Origin: Pseudomonas phage EL
Sequence record: AJ697969.1
Length of the DNA: 64,000 nt
Direction: 5' to 3' (one strand)
Positions 1 through 9,707 of the stretch are shown here, in pieces. The notes below the pieces were generated by a model. The model had not been told where the DNA came from. It did no database searches and saw nothing but the letters and a program-made list of their open reading frames with translations. Both the position numbers and the translations under genes were made by a program. The stretch's first letter is position 1, and each line of letters starts with the position of its first letter.

Positions 1-890
1 ACGTCTTTGCTGTCGCAGATAACTTCGCGTTGGTGGTGATTACCGATGGGATGTGTTACGCAGAGGCTGCTGTGGTTCCGTATACGGTGAGTGGTGGGGT
101 CTTTAGGCTGAACTTCCCCTCCGCTACGGGCTTCGTTACTAAACCGGTTACCCCAGCCGGTATGGTCGTACCGGGCACGTACCGCTATTCCCATTCCGGT
201 GATAACCCGTGGATGACCTACGTGGATGTCCAAGTGATTGAAACCCAACGGTATGAATGGGCGGTTGTGGTCAGTCGACCCTTTGGGGACCTCTACGGGG
301 ATATCAGTTTCAAAATCACGGATTACCCGTTTACACCCACCTACACCGTAGGACGGGTCAATCCAGCGAAACTGTATACGGCGTCATCACCCTTTGATAC
401 GGTGAACGAAGTTCACCCGCCTGTCTTGATCCCTCGGAAGGGAATCTACCAGTACGACCCTGCTAACACCGGCTACTCCACGAATCTGTTGGAGGTCGGC
501 GGAGCGGGGGTGGTGGATCCGTACGACGTAAATGAAAGCGGCTGGGTGAGTATTCCTGCTCGATCCAGGGTGGTTATAAGGGGACGTGCGTATATCCTGG
601 ATAAGGAATACCCCATTAAGGTCAACCCTACCGGAACGACGTACTGTTATTTGGTACGCCAAGGGGATGCGTTGGTAGGGTTGGGGTCTCCCGTACGCCG
701 AGAGGTCAATAACTCGGAAGTCCTCTTTGGGATTGCAACGAACGGGATTCTTACCATCGATCATTCGTACATCGTGATGGGTGGTCATGTGGTGAGTTCT
801 ACCCGTCGGGGTACGGCTATTCCCACCTTTGTGGATGACGGGAACTTGGGGGTTAACACCTTCTTTACCCGACGTGACATCATTGATTAA
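1..890 (+). CDS. Hypothetical protein, 5' partial (open from window start); probably structural
   Basis: Reading frame is open from nt 3 with no upstream stop in the window. It ends at TAA 888-890 and is followed by a hairpin terminator. Confidence 0.5.
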   Translation, partial: VFAVADNFALVVITDGMCYAEAAVVPYTVSGGVFRLNFPSATGFVTKPVTPAGMVVPGTYRYSHSGDNPWMTYVDVQVIETQRYEWAVVVSRPFGDLYGDISFKITDYPFTPTYTVGRVNPAKLYTASSPFDTVNEVHPPVLIPRKGIYQYDPANTGYSTNLLEVGGAGVVDPYDVNESGWVSIPARSRVVIRGRAYILDKEYPIKVNPTGTTYCYLVRQGDALVGLGSPVRREVNNSEVLFGIATNGILTIDHSYIVMGGHVVSSTRRGTAIPTFVDDGNLGVNTFFTRRDIID

Positions 891-903
891 CCCTTAATGA
901 ATC

Positions 904-933
904 CCCCTACCTCCCCGTTAAGGGAGGTAGGGG
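904..933. terminator. Bidirectional hairpin between convergent genes
   Basis: Perfect 12-bp stem CCCCTACCTCCC / GGGAGGTAGGGG with loop CGTTAA, located between a plus-strand gene end and a minus-strand gene end. Confidence 0.6.
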
Positions 934-945
934 AGGTCCAGTGGA

Positions 946-1953
946 TTAAGCCACGGGTGGCGAGGTGGTTCCATTGCCCGGGTCTACACCTCCGTGAATA
1001 TGGAGGTTCAGAGACACTCTCACGGTTCTCACATCGGTTTGTCCAATAACAAGACCTGTACTCACACTGTTACCGGTACGGGTGGTATTCCCGTTTTGGG
1101 TATAATTACCCTCTTGAGTATAGTTCCCTTCTTGTTCGGTATTGCCCGTATGGGTAATGTTCCCTTCCCAGTTCGTCTGACCAATGGCGATGTTCGCCAA
1201 ATTGGCTTTCATGTTAATGGTGTCGGACTGAAGGTTAAAGGTCTTCGTTAAGACATTGATTTCCTTCTCCGCATGAAAGCTAATACTGTCTTTGGTGTAA
1301 AAGGCCATCTTCTCCTTATTGACAGCAATGGTGGACCCTTCCTTGTTGGTATAGGTGAACTGATGTTTGTAATCATCGAAACTGAAGATACTCCCATCAG
1401 TTCCTCGAATATCGATGCGGCCTTCTTTGGCATTGACTTGGATATCAAAGCCCGACCGTTCCCCATTGGACTGAGAGGTCCGTAGTCCCACTAACCCGTC
1501 GTGGGTACTGACCCTGGCTGTATAGAAGTTATCCGGGTTAAAGGCCACGTCCTGAGCCAATCCAGGGTTAGCCCCCCAGCCCCACAAAACCGTCTCTAAG
1601 CGGAAACGATCCGTATTGTCCCCAAAGATGTCCCAGTAATACTGGTTCTGACCTGTGATTTGAAACACCCACACCTTAGCCCCTTCCCGGACATCCGGTG
1701 AGGTAAGTCGGTTCCCATTCCCAATGGATCGCCAGACCGCTGGTACGGTGTTTGACACCAGGGTTTTACTGGTAATCATCTCCCCTTCTTTATTCTGGCT
1801 GGTTTCTTCCTTCTGTTCTGTTTTAGCCAGGGTTCTCCCATCGGCGGTAGGAGAATGCAATGGAAGGTGGATCATTGCTTCGTGGGTATTGGTGTCCTTC
1901 GTGGCGGCAACCGTCCCTACACCCAACCATTTAACCACGTTCACTAAACTCAT
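946..1953 (-). CDS. Hypothetical structural protein with C-terminal tandem GN-rich repeats (beta-helix-like; possible baseplate or spike component)
   Basis: 335-aa ORF. Its C-terminus carries NITHTGNTEQEGNYTQEGNYTQNGNTTRTGN short tandem repeats, reminiscent of phage spike or fibre beta-helices. Confidence 0.45.
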   Translation of the reverse strand: MSLVNVVKWLGVGTVAATKDTNTHEAMIHLPLHSPTADGRTLAKTEQKEETSQNKEGEMITSKTLVSNTVPAVWRSIGNGNRLTSPDVREGAKVWVFQITGQNQYYWDIFGDNTDRFRLETVLWGWGANPGLAQDVAFNPDNFYTARVSTHDGLVGLRTSQSNGERSGFDIQVNAKEGRIDIRGTDGSIFSFDDYKHQFTYTNKEGSTIAVNKEKMAFYTKDSISFHAEKEINVLTKTFNLQSDTINMKANLANIAIGQTNWEGNITHTGNTEQEGNYTQEGNYTQNGNTTRTGNSVSTGLVIGQTDVRTVRVSLNLHIHGGVDPGNGTTSPPVA

Positions 1954-2003
1954 ACTCGCGTCCTCATTATCTAGAGACTCACTTCACTTAAAGAATTCAT
2001 ACC

Positions 2004-4472
2004 ATGTTTATATTAACTAAATTGATCCTAGAGAATTACATTCCTCTGTTAAGCAGCGGAATCAAACGGGTAGAATTGGATCTGAATCATTTGGTTAACC
2101 TGTTGATCGCTCAGAACGGTGTCGGGAAAACCAGTATCCTCCGAGAAGCCAATCCCCTGGCTCCTGAAAATGCCAACTACCGCGGTATTGGACGTAAGTA
2201 CGTGGAGATTAAACGGGGATTGGACCATTTCGTTTTGGATTCTAAAACAGACTTAGGCAATGGTCACAGTTTCAAGTTTAACGGGAAAGAGTTAAACAAG
2301 AATGGAACCTTTACGGAACAGAAGGACTTGGTATGGATCCATTTCCGGTTAGACAGTACTATCAGCCGTATTCTGTCCGGGCTTAAACCCAACAGTCTGT
2401 TTTCAGCGATGCCAGTGGCTCAACGTAAAGACTTCTTTATGTTCATCTACCCGAATGACACGAGTTACGCCTTAGGGGTCTTTAACAAGCTTAAGACAGA
2501 ACGTCGTGAACTGGCGGCTGCAATTAAGAACCAAGTCATGCGGTATACGGAAGAGAGTGCTAAACTCAAGCAGATCACCGAATGTGGTCCGGAAGAGCTG
2601 GAACGTCGAGTTAAGACGATTGAGACTGAACTGAGGGAGTCCTTGTTGGTACGAGGGGGTTTGGAGCAGGTGAAAGTAGACCCTGAGCTCCAAAGTAAGA
2701 TTGATACCTTCAAACGTCTGGCTGAGCAGATGACATTGAACCGAGTCAGCGGGTTCTTTGAGACTGAGGCTGAACTCAGACAGGGAATCGAAACAGTTCA
2801 AGCTATCTTGAGTGTTCACGAAGGCCAAGCCACTGCCATTCAAATGGTTATCAGTGAGCACGTAGGGGTTTTGGAAGGAATGGAGGAGATCAAAGAAGAT
2901 CCCTTTGTCTTCCATCATCAAGCGGAACAACTCAAGGTGGAACTCACTGCTCTCCGGGAAGAATACAAACAACATGGGGTGCTATTGGGTAATTACCCTT
3001 TGTTCAACGATGACGCCTATGACTTTACCGGTTTGGAATTGGTGTACGAGGCCTTGGTGGCTCAATTGCGTCGGGTGGTGAATGCCAGTACTCCTGAGTT
3101 AACCGGAGGGCGGTATAAAGAGTATACCGTCAAACTGGAGCAAACCCGTAATCAACTGAGGGCCTCTAAGAATGAGCTGGACACTCTCACCCACCAGTTG
3201 AAACATTATGATGCCATGGAGCTGGTGACTTGTCCGGAATGTACCCATGAATTCAAGGTCGGGATTACCGCGAATGAACTGCGTGCAGCACGGGTTAAAG
3301 CGGAAGCCCTTAAGTTGAGTGTGACTAAACTGGAGCAGGATGTTGAAACCCTGGAAAGATTAGTCGAACAGGACAGTGAGTGGTACCACAGCATGTTAGC
3401 CCTACATCAGTTCTGCCGGATGAATGGTGATGTTAAGTGCCTTCCTGAACTGATTAAAGCATACGACATGGGTAAGTCGGATACCAACATCCTTTTAAAC
3501 GCCCTCAGGGCCTTCATGGGGCGTTTTAACTGTAAGAGACGTATCGATGCCCTACTGGAAGAAGAAAAGCTCTTAAACACGCGTATAGGGCTGTTACAGA
3601 AGGATTCGGTATTAGACATCGCTACCTACTTAAAGAGTCTGGAACACGACCTGGAAGTGGAGAACAGTCGTATTGGTTTCTACCGTCGGCGTGTTGAACA
3701 GCTTATAAGGAACCTAAAGACCATCCACACCTACACCCGAGACCTGGAGACCCTCCGCTGTCTTAAAGACGAGATCTTCAAAGGGTTGGAACAGCAAGGG
3801 TTGGTGGAACTGCGTAAACGGGTTGATGAACGGATTCATTTGCTAACGGATGAGAAGGATGAATACCTCGCCTCCATTATCAAAAGCCGTTCGTTGAGTG
3901 CGGTTGTCGCGTCTATTTCGGAAGACATTGATCGTTTAAAACGCCGTCTGAAGATTGTGGATGGGTTAATGAACGGTCTGTGTCCGAATAAGGGGTTGAT
4001 CGGTAAGCTGATGACGGATTTCATCAAGACCTATTGTGCCAATATGAATGCGGTGATTCAATCAGTGTGGAACACCACCCTGTTTGTTAAACCCTGCCAT
4101 AAGGACAACGGGGATTTGAACTGGAAGTTCCCGGTGGTTACCGGTGATGATGAGCCCACGCCAGATGTCAGTGATTGCAGTTTGGGTGAAGCAGGTATCA
4201 TTGACTTTGCGTTCCGTTATGTGGCCATTCGTTACCACGGTAACTTCCCTCTGATGCTGGATGAGGTGGGTACCACCTTCGATGAAATCAAACGCGGTCG
4301 TTTCTTCAATTTCATTCACGAGTTAACCACCCAGAAGGACGCTAAACAACTCTTCATGATTAGCCATTACATTACTCAATACGGAATGTTCACCAACCCG
4401 AATGTAATTGCGATGTGTTATGAAGGGTTGAGTTTACCGGGTGAAGTCAATCAACACAGTGTTATCAATTAA
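2004..4472 (+). CDS. sbcC: SbcC/Rad50-like recombination ATPase (SMC fold, zinc hook)
   Basis: N-terminal Walker A (LLIAQNGVGKTSIL). Long coiled-coil with a central CPEC zinc-hook motif (VTCPECTHEF). C-terminal signature-like CSLGE, Walker B (LMLDEVG) and H-loop (FMISHY). Confidence 0.8.
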   Translation: MFILTKLILENYIPLLSSGIKRVELDLNHLVNLLIAQNGVGKTSILREANPLAPENANYRGIGRKYVEIKRGLDHFVLDSKTDLGNGHSFKFNGKELNKNGTFTEQKDLVWIHFRLDSTISRILSGLKPNSLFSAMPVAQRKDFFMFIYPNDTSYALGVFNKLKTERRELAAAIKNQVMRYTEESAKLKQITECGPEELERRVKTIETELRESLLVRGGLEQVKVDPELQSKIDTFKRLAEQMTLNRVSGFFETEAELRQGIETVQAILSVHEGQATAIQMVISEHVGVLEGMEEIKEDPFVFHHQAEQLKVELTALREEYKQHGVLLGNYPLFNDDAYDFTGLELVYEALVAQLRRVVNASTPELTGGRYKEYTVKLEQTRNQLRASKNELDTLTHQLKHYDAMELVTCPECTHEFKVGITANELRAARVKAEALKLSVTKLEQDVETLERLVEQDSEWYHSMLALHQFCRMNGDVKCLPELIKAYDMGKSDTNILLNALRAFMGRFNCKRRIDALLEEEKLLNTRIGLLQKDSVLDIATYLKSLEHDLEVENSRIGFYRRRVEQLIRNLKTIHTYTRDLETLRCLKDEIFKGLEQQGLVELRKRVDERIHLLTDEKDEYLASIIKSRSLSAVVASISEDIDRLKRRLKIVDGLMNGLCPNKGLIGKLMTDFIKTYCANMNAVIQSVWNTTLFVKPCHKDNGDLNWKFPVVTGDDEPTPDVSDCSLGEAGIIDFAFRYVAIRYHGNFPLMLDEVGTTFDEIKRGRFFNFIHELTTQKDAKQLFMISHYITQYGMFTNPNVIAMCYEGLSLPGEVNQHSVIN

Positions 4473-4476
4473 TTTT

Positions 4477-4496
4477 AAACCTACATTATTCATTTG
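4477..4496 (+). promoter_or_regulatory. Conserved phage promoter-like motif, copy 1
   Basis: aaacCTACATTATTCATTTG, 16 nt upstream of ATG 4512. Confidence 0.5.
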
Positions 4497-4511
4497 CAAG
4501 GAATACCTCTA

Positions 4512-4805
4512 ATGAACGTTCAACTCCCACGATCGGTTACCCTGGATGCCTATCTTCAACCGGACGGTACACTTATGCTGGGGCCGGGTCAGGCTAAAGT
4601 AACCATTAACTACCATTCGGATCCTCAAGAATCCATTAATGCGTGCATTGTCTTTGGAGGGGCAATGCAAGCGATTGTGACTTTTGATGAAACCGGTCAG
4701 ACCCCTGTGAGTTATACGCTGTTGAATCCAGGGGGTGATTACACCGTTGAGCAGTCGGTTCTTAACATCTTGTCCTATTTCGGAGTCAGTGCTCCGATGA
4801 ACTAG
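4512..4805 (+). CDS. Hypothetical protein
   Basis: 97-aa ORF directly downstream of promoter-like motif copy 1. The ATG at 4512 is preferred over the upstream track start. Confidence 0.45.
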   Translation: MNVQLPRSVTLDAYLQPDGTLMLGPGQAKVTINYHSDPQESINACIVFGGAMQAIVTFDETGQTPVSYTLLNPGGDYTVEQSVLNILSYFGVSAPMN

Positions 4806-4817
4806 GAGTCATGAGTC

Positions 4818-5258
4818 ATGAACAAAGCTGAAGTGATAGAACGGTACCGCGAACTGGTCGAAGACCTCACCCTCCCGCCGCATCAGGTGATCCTGTCGGC
4901 GGGTGCCGCCTTGGTGGTAATGGGCATCCGAGAGGAAACAAGTGACCTCGATGTGGATGTCCCTACCAGCGTGTTCAACTGGGCGAGTAATAAGTTCGGG
5001 GTTATCGAGAACGAAACCGTGAATAAACGGGTTCAATACACCCCCCTGGTCGATCTCCATGAATACGACGAGAACACGGGAGTGGTGTGTATTGAGGGGG
5101 TGTGGTTGTACAGCCCTACGGAGTTACTGAAACAGAAACACTGGCTCACGAAGCTGGCTGATCGAACGGACGTTAAGACCCAACAGGATCACCGTGATAT
5201 CCGCCAACTGGAAATTCTCACTCAGTCTCAACCATTCACTGCACGCGCATTGTTGTAA
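4818..5258 (+). CDS. Nucleotidyltransferase-fold protein (Lnu/ANT(2'')-like minimal NTase), paralog 1
   Basis: Motif AGAALVVMGIREETSDLDVDV resembles the GGWG..ALLG..TR.H.DIDI core of lincosamide/aminoglycoside nucleotidyltransferases. The ORF immediately downstream is a paralog. Confidence 0.5.
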   Translation: MNKAEVIERYRELVEDLTLPPHQVILSAGAALVVMGIREETSDLDVDVPTSVFNWASNKFGVIENETVNKRVQYTPLVDLHEYDENTGVVCIEGVWLYSPTELLKQKHWLTKLADRTDVKTQQDHRDIRQLEILTQSQPFTARALL

Positions 5259-5272
5259 GGTTAGGTTACGGT

Positions 5273-5767
5273 ATGTTTTACAGTCAATTGGAAGTGGTAG
5301 AAGCCGTTCAACGGTTCTCTGAGGCTCATAACACCCCATTGGATAAGATCGCTATTGGCGGAGGTGGGGCTATCATGCTCATGGGGGGTCGTGAAACCAC
5401 CTATGATTTGAACATTTGGGTGGAGAGTCCGTTCTTTGAACGCATTGCTGAAACCCAGAACGCTCTCCTCAGTCCTATGAGAGACAATGTGTTCCACATT
5501 GAAACGGTTATTGATTCCATGGATCAAACCGATCACGTCACCACACGTCGCCATTACTGGGTGCGTAAACGTAACCTCTATTTCCCCACTGTTCCTGTTA
5601 AGCTGGATCAATGTCCTGAAGTCTACATCTTCGATGCGATGTCACTGTTGATTCAGAAACGAGGGAGCTACAGTCGCCCTGAACGAGGACTCCGTCGTAA
5701 ACAGGATTACAGCGACATCTGTTTCTTGAATGCGTTGCTAAAGGAAGAACACAAAGTCAGGGCTTAA
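5273..5767 (+). CDS. Nucleotidyltransferase-fold protein, paralog 2 (possibly catalytically degenerate)
   Basis: Motif IAIGGGGAIMLMGGRETTYDLNIWV is similar to paralog 1, but the second acidic position is Asn (DLN instead of DLD). Confidence 0.5.
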   Translation: MFYSQLEVVEAVQRFSEAHNTPLDKIAIGGGGAIMLMGGRETTYDLNIWVESPFFERIAETQNALLSPMRDNVFHIETVIDSMDQTDHVTTRRHYWVRKRNLYFPTVPVKLDQCPEVYIFDAMSLLIQKRGSYSRPERGLRRKQDYSDICFLNALLKEEHKVRA

Positions 5768-5778
5768 CCTTAGGACAG

Positions 5779-5803
5779 TACCAGGGGATCACTCCCCTGG
5801 TAC
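5779..5803 (+). terminator. Hairpin terminator
   Basis: ACCAGGGGA-tcac-TCCCCTGGT palindrome just after stop codon at 5767. Confidence 0.5.
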
Positions 5804-5835
5804 GTCTTCCTCCTTATACGGTTTAGGAGATTACA

Positions 5836-7806
5836 ATGGGTAAACACTCACCTGTTGAACGGATTAAATACCTCCATGAACAACTGACGTATCACGCCCA
5901 TCTCTATTTCGTCGAGAACCGGAACGAGATCTCTGATGAAGCGTATGATGTGTTGGAGCAAGAACTCAATGAGTTGTACGACCGATACCCTGAAATAGCG
6001 GCTAAGTTCGATTTCTATAATCGTCCCGTTCCTATTCATGAACCCTCCGGGGAAACCATTCAACCCGTACGGTTCGAGGAACCCATGCTCAGCTTGAAGA
6101 AAGCCTTGAGTGTGGAGGAGGCGGATACATTCCTGTTAAAGTTCCCGGATGGTACAAACTTCTTTTACGAAGAGAAACTGGATGGGTTGGCCCTGGAGTT
6201 GGTGTATGAACAGGGACAACTGGTCAGTATGAGTACCCGGGGGTCTGGATTAGTCGGGGAAGATGTGACGCATTCCATAGTTCTCTTCGATGAAGCTACA
6301 CTTCCTCGTACCTTAAGGACACTCCCTGACCGCCATAAACCCCAGGGGGATCGATTGGTTATTCGGGGTGAAGGGTACATCAGTCTGGAACGCTTCGATT
6401 CTCTTAATGAAACAGGGGGTAAACGGTCCAATCCCCGTAATGCCGTGAGTGGGTGGGTGCGGTCCCTCCCTCAGAACCAACGGGAGGATATCCGAGGAAC
6501 GCTGTACTTCGCGGCGTATTACGCCAGTGATCGATTGGGGACGAAAGCCTATTCCGAATTGAGGCAGGTTCTCTTAGGCCTAGGGTTTGGTGTTCCTGAA
6601 TCCAGGGATTGGATTGCGGTCTCAGAGAACCGGAGGGGGAACATTCGTCCGGTGGATGGGATTGTGATTAAAGTCGACAAGTTCAAGGAACAAGACGCCA
6701 GTGGAAATGGGAGTAAATTCCCTCACTGGGCGATTGCTTACAAGTTCCCTGCGGAAGAAGCGTTGGCCCAGGTTGAGGGCTGTATCTGGAATACCTCTCG
6801 GTTTGGTCGGGTAGTACCGGTGGTCCAGTATACCCCTGTAACGATCCAAGGGGTTATCTGTCAGTCTGCGTCGTTAGATAACTACGGTTCGTTTATGGAC
6901 TTAGGGTTATCAATCGGGGATCGGATTGTTATTACCCGGAACAACGATGTGATCCCTCGGTTGAACCGGGTGGAGGAGTGTGGGGAAGGAGACCTCCTAG
7001 AAGCGCCTACAAGCTGCCCTAGCTGCGATTCTCTCCTAGAGGTAGTGGTGGGTAGGGACAGTTCCGAACTCGTCTGTAATAACGTCGCAGAGTGCCCTGC
7101 GCAGATCGTTATGCGGTGCGTAACGACGTTCGATAAGTTTGGACTGGATGTAGACGGTTTAGGACCCGTTAAGGTCAGTGAATTGGTTGAGAAAGGATGG
7201 GTTAAGCAACCAGCTGATATACTTACCCTTCCGGAAGGCATTAAGGATCAATGCCTCACCCCGACGACTCGAAGAGGTTTGGAGCGTGTCCTTCAGGAAC
7301 CCGTTCCTTTACATCGCTTCTTAAAGGCGTTGGGTATCCCGGATATTGGGATCACTTTGGCTAAACGCCTAGCCAACGCCATCCCTGAAGGGAAGATCGA
7401 AGAATCCCTTACCAATCCTAAGTTCCTACAAAGTGTACGAGGGGTTTCAGTGGGGATTGCTTACCGGGTCGTGAACGCGTTCGACTCCCCGGTCTTTAAG
7501 GACAACTTCCACGCCCTAAAAGGTTTGTTAACTCTCCAGTACACCGGAACGCAGGACGACTGCATTAAAGTCTGTATTACCGGCAACATTGGACCTTCCC
7601 GAGGAGAACTCTGTAACCTGTTCGCTAAGGAAGGGATTGAACTCAGTGATCGGCTTACCCAGGACTGTGCCTTCGTCATTGTGGGTGATCGTCCTGGTAA
7701 ATCGAAACTGTTAATTGCAACCGAATCGGGTATACCTATGCTAATTGCAAAGGATTATTCGAGCATTGGCTCCCTCATTCAGTTCATTAAAGGACACCGA
7801 GAATGA
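5836..7806 (+). CDS. ligA: NAD+-dependent DNA ligase (LigA family)
   Basis: Adenylation motif EEKLDGLALELVYEQG (KxDG), followed by TRGSGLVGEDVT. Cys4 zinc finger (CPSCDS...CNNVAECP). C-terminal BRCT-like segment. RBS AGGAG before the ATG. Confidence 0.9.
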   Translation: MGKHSPVERIKYLHEQLTYHAHLYFVENRNEISDEAYDVLEQELNELYDRYPEIAAKFDFYNRPVPIHEPSGETIQPVRFEEPMLSLKKALSVEEADTFLLKFPDGTNFFYEEKLDGLALELVYEQGQLVSMSTRGSGLVGEDVTHSIVLFDEATLPRTLRTLPDRHKPQGDRLVIRGEGYISLERFDSLNETGGKRSNPRNAVSGWVRSLPQNQREDIRGTLYFAAYYASDRLGTKAYSELRQVLLGLGFGVPESRDWIAVSENRRGNIRPVDGIVIKVDKFKEQDASGNGSKFPHWAIAYKFPAEEALAQVEGCIWNTSRFGRVVPVVQYTPVTIQGVICQSASLDNYGSFMDLGLSIGDRIVITRNNDVIPRLNRVEECGEGDLLEAPTSCPSCDSLLEVVVGRDSSELVCNNVAECPAQIVMRCVTTFDKFGLDVDGLGPVKVSELVEKGWVKQPADILTLPEGIKDQCLTPTTRRGLERVLQEPVPLHRFLKALGIPDIGITLAKRLANAIPEGKIEESLTNPKFLQSVRGVSVGIAYRVVNAFDSPVFKDNFHALKGLLTLQYTGTQDDCIKVCITGNIGPSRGELCNLFAKEGIELSDRLTQDCAFVIVGDRPGKSKLLIATESGIPMLIAKDYSSIGSLIQFIKGHRE

Positions 7807-9110
7807 CTGTTAAAACTGACACCAACGACCAACAACACACTACCACCGACCCGGTAGTAGCAATGAAACTCAAGAAGGCCGAGAAGGCTCTGAAACACTC
7901 CAAGGAACTGGGTAAGAAGATGAAACACGACAAGGAACAGTTGGATAAGAAATCCATTACCCAACCCACTGAGAATAAAGAGTACCGTTCCGCCCCTGAG
8001 CCTTCTAAGCCCAAGGTGGTGGTTGACGGTAAGGAACTGGTGGCTCTCGATACCAAGCCGTACGGCGAATGGATCCGTTCCAAAGAAGGACACGATATTT
8101 TTGGGAATACATTCTGGTCAGTAGGTGTAACCGCGGAAATCGCCCTCTTCTCTCATTTCAAGACAACTTTTTGCGGAGTTGAACTCGATCTCTTGGTCGA
8201 CTCCTATTCTGAAGTTACGCTGGAAACCCCTACTGACGTTCCTTTCCTTAACGTCAGTAAGCGTAAGGGGAGTGCTGTGGTAGTCAACTCGGTGGTTAAT
8301 CGTTGTGAGTTTGAAGGGGAGAATTGTCTTCTGAATGTCGAGATTAACGACTGTGTGGTTAACAAGAGCAAGGTCGTTCGTACACGATCGACCGAATTGC
8401 GACCAATCGACGAACTGATCGACTTCCCAAAAAGAGCGGATGTATTTAGACGAGGGGTCGATCAACGCGCCCGGTACAACGACTGCCGTTTCATCGAATC
8501 CGAGATTAAAGATTCTCCCATCAATGGCAAGGGCTTAGTGAAAGAGTCGTATGTGGATCGTACCCACATTACCGCTGGGAAGTTTGCCATCGTTAAATCG
8601 CATCTTACCACCACCACCCTCACCGCATCCATGCTGTCTCTCTCGAAAGCTTACCTTCATGGTTGTTACTTGAGCGTTTCTGAAACGCTGATCCTTCGCA
8701 ACTTCACCCTCCGGAATAAGACGCTTTACATGAGGTCACTCTACGCGCCTAATAAACTGGGTCTTACGGAGATCGAACTTCCGTTCCATCCTCAAAATCT
8801 TATTCTGCACCGCACCTCAAAAACACAGTATGTAATCTCCATCCGCTCGGGTGGTTCGTCCGGCCTTGAACTGGGGAGCGACGTAACTTGGGAAGAACTC
8901 AGTGAAAAACTGGGTGAACTCTTGATAAAAACCCCGATGGTCAATAACGAGATCTCTGAAGACGGACTCCTCTTCAAAAGCATCTTGAATTATGTCCTGA
9001 AGTCGGTGATTTCTCGGATGAAGATCATCAAGTTGATGGACGATGTGATGGCTGTTAACCGTAGTATCACATCAGATTTCGAGGATCCTGAGTCCGTCCC
9101 GTATTGTTAG
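7803..9110 (+). CDS. Hypothetical protein with Lys-rich N-terminus
   Basis: 435-aa ORF translationally coupled to the ligase (ATGA overlap) and followed by a hairpin terminator. Confidence 0.5.
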   Translation: MTVKTDTNDQQHTTTDPVVAMKLKKAEKALKHSKELGKKMKHDKEQLDKKSITQPTENKEYRSAPEPSKPKVVVDGKELVALDTKPYGEWIRSKEGHDIFGNTFWSVGVTAEIALFSHFKTTFCGVELDLLVDSYSEVTLETPTDVPFLNVSKRKGSAVVVNSVVNRCEFEGENCLLNVEINDCVVNKSKVVRTRSTELRPIDELIDFPKRADVFRRGVDQRARYNDCRFIESEIKDSPINGKGLVKESYVDRTHITAGKFAIVKSHLTTTTLTASMLSLSKAYLHGCYLSVSETLILRNFTLRNKTLYMRSLYAPNKLGLTEIELPFHPQNLILHRTSKTQYVISIRSGGSSGLELGSDVTWEELSEKLGELLIKTPMVNNEISEDGLLFKSILNYVLKSVISRMKIIKLMDDVMAVNRSITSDFEDPESVPYC

Positions 9111-9120
9111 TACACAACAC

Positions 9121-9155
9121 CTTACTCCCCAGGTAATCCTGGGGAGTAAGGGTTT
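9121..9155 (+). terminator. Hairpin terminator
   Basis: CTTACTCCCCA-ggtaatcc-TGGGGAGTAAG followed by GGTTT. Confidence 0.55.
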
Positions 9156-9190
9156 AATTGCCTACTTACCTGTAAAAGGGAGGTTAACGA

Positions 9191-9682
9191 ATGTCCAAAA
9201 CAAAGAGGAATGACCGATATGTCATTTATACCGATGGGAGCGCGTTAGGGAATCCAGGTCCGGGCGGTTACGGTGTTTACGCTAAATACAAAGGGGAAGA
9301 ATTCTCCCTGAGTAAAGGGTATTACAAAACCACTAACAACCGTCAAGAACTCATGAGTGTGATTGCAGCACTGGAAGAGTTTGGTCCTAATATCAAAGTG
9401 GACATCTTCACTGACTCCCAATACGTCATTAAGTGTGCTACTAAATGGATGAGAGGATGGATACGGAACAACTGGATGGGGTATAACTCTGGGCAACCGG
9501 TTAAGAACCGCGATCTGTTGGAAGTCCTCAATGAACTCTTGAAGAAGAATAAGGTAAAGTTCCATTGGGTTAAAGGTCACTCTGGGGATGAAGGGAATGA
9601 AAAGGCAGACCAATTAGCCAAGGATGCTGCCAATAATCCGGAAGCCCACGATATGGAATACATGAAAGTCTTAGGGTTCTAA
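9191..9682 (+). CDS. rnhA: Ribonuclease HI
   Basis: TDGSALGNPGPGGYG, TTNNRQELM, DSQYV and VKGHSGDEGNEKADQLA motifs, which are the canonical RNase HI catalytic residues and motifs. Strong RBS GGGAGG. Confidence 0.9.
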   Translation: MSKTKRNDRYVIYTDGSALGNPGPGGYGVYAKYKGEEFSLSKGYYKTTNNRQELMSVIAALEEFGPNIKVDIFTDSQYVIKCATKWMRGWIRNNWMGYNSGQPVKNRDLLEVLNELLKKNKVKFHWVKGHSGDEGNEKADQLAKDAANNPEAHDMEYMKVLGF

Positions 9683-9707
9683 TCAATCAACCGTGGAGAT
9701 TAACACT

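Noticed and set aside
9150-9165. Possible second promoter motif class ACTTAC(C/T) seen at 9153, 22963, 35982
   Set aside because: Only about 3 loose matches of a short, low-information word, so it cannot be distinguished from chance without genome-wide statistics.
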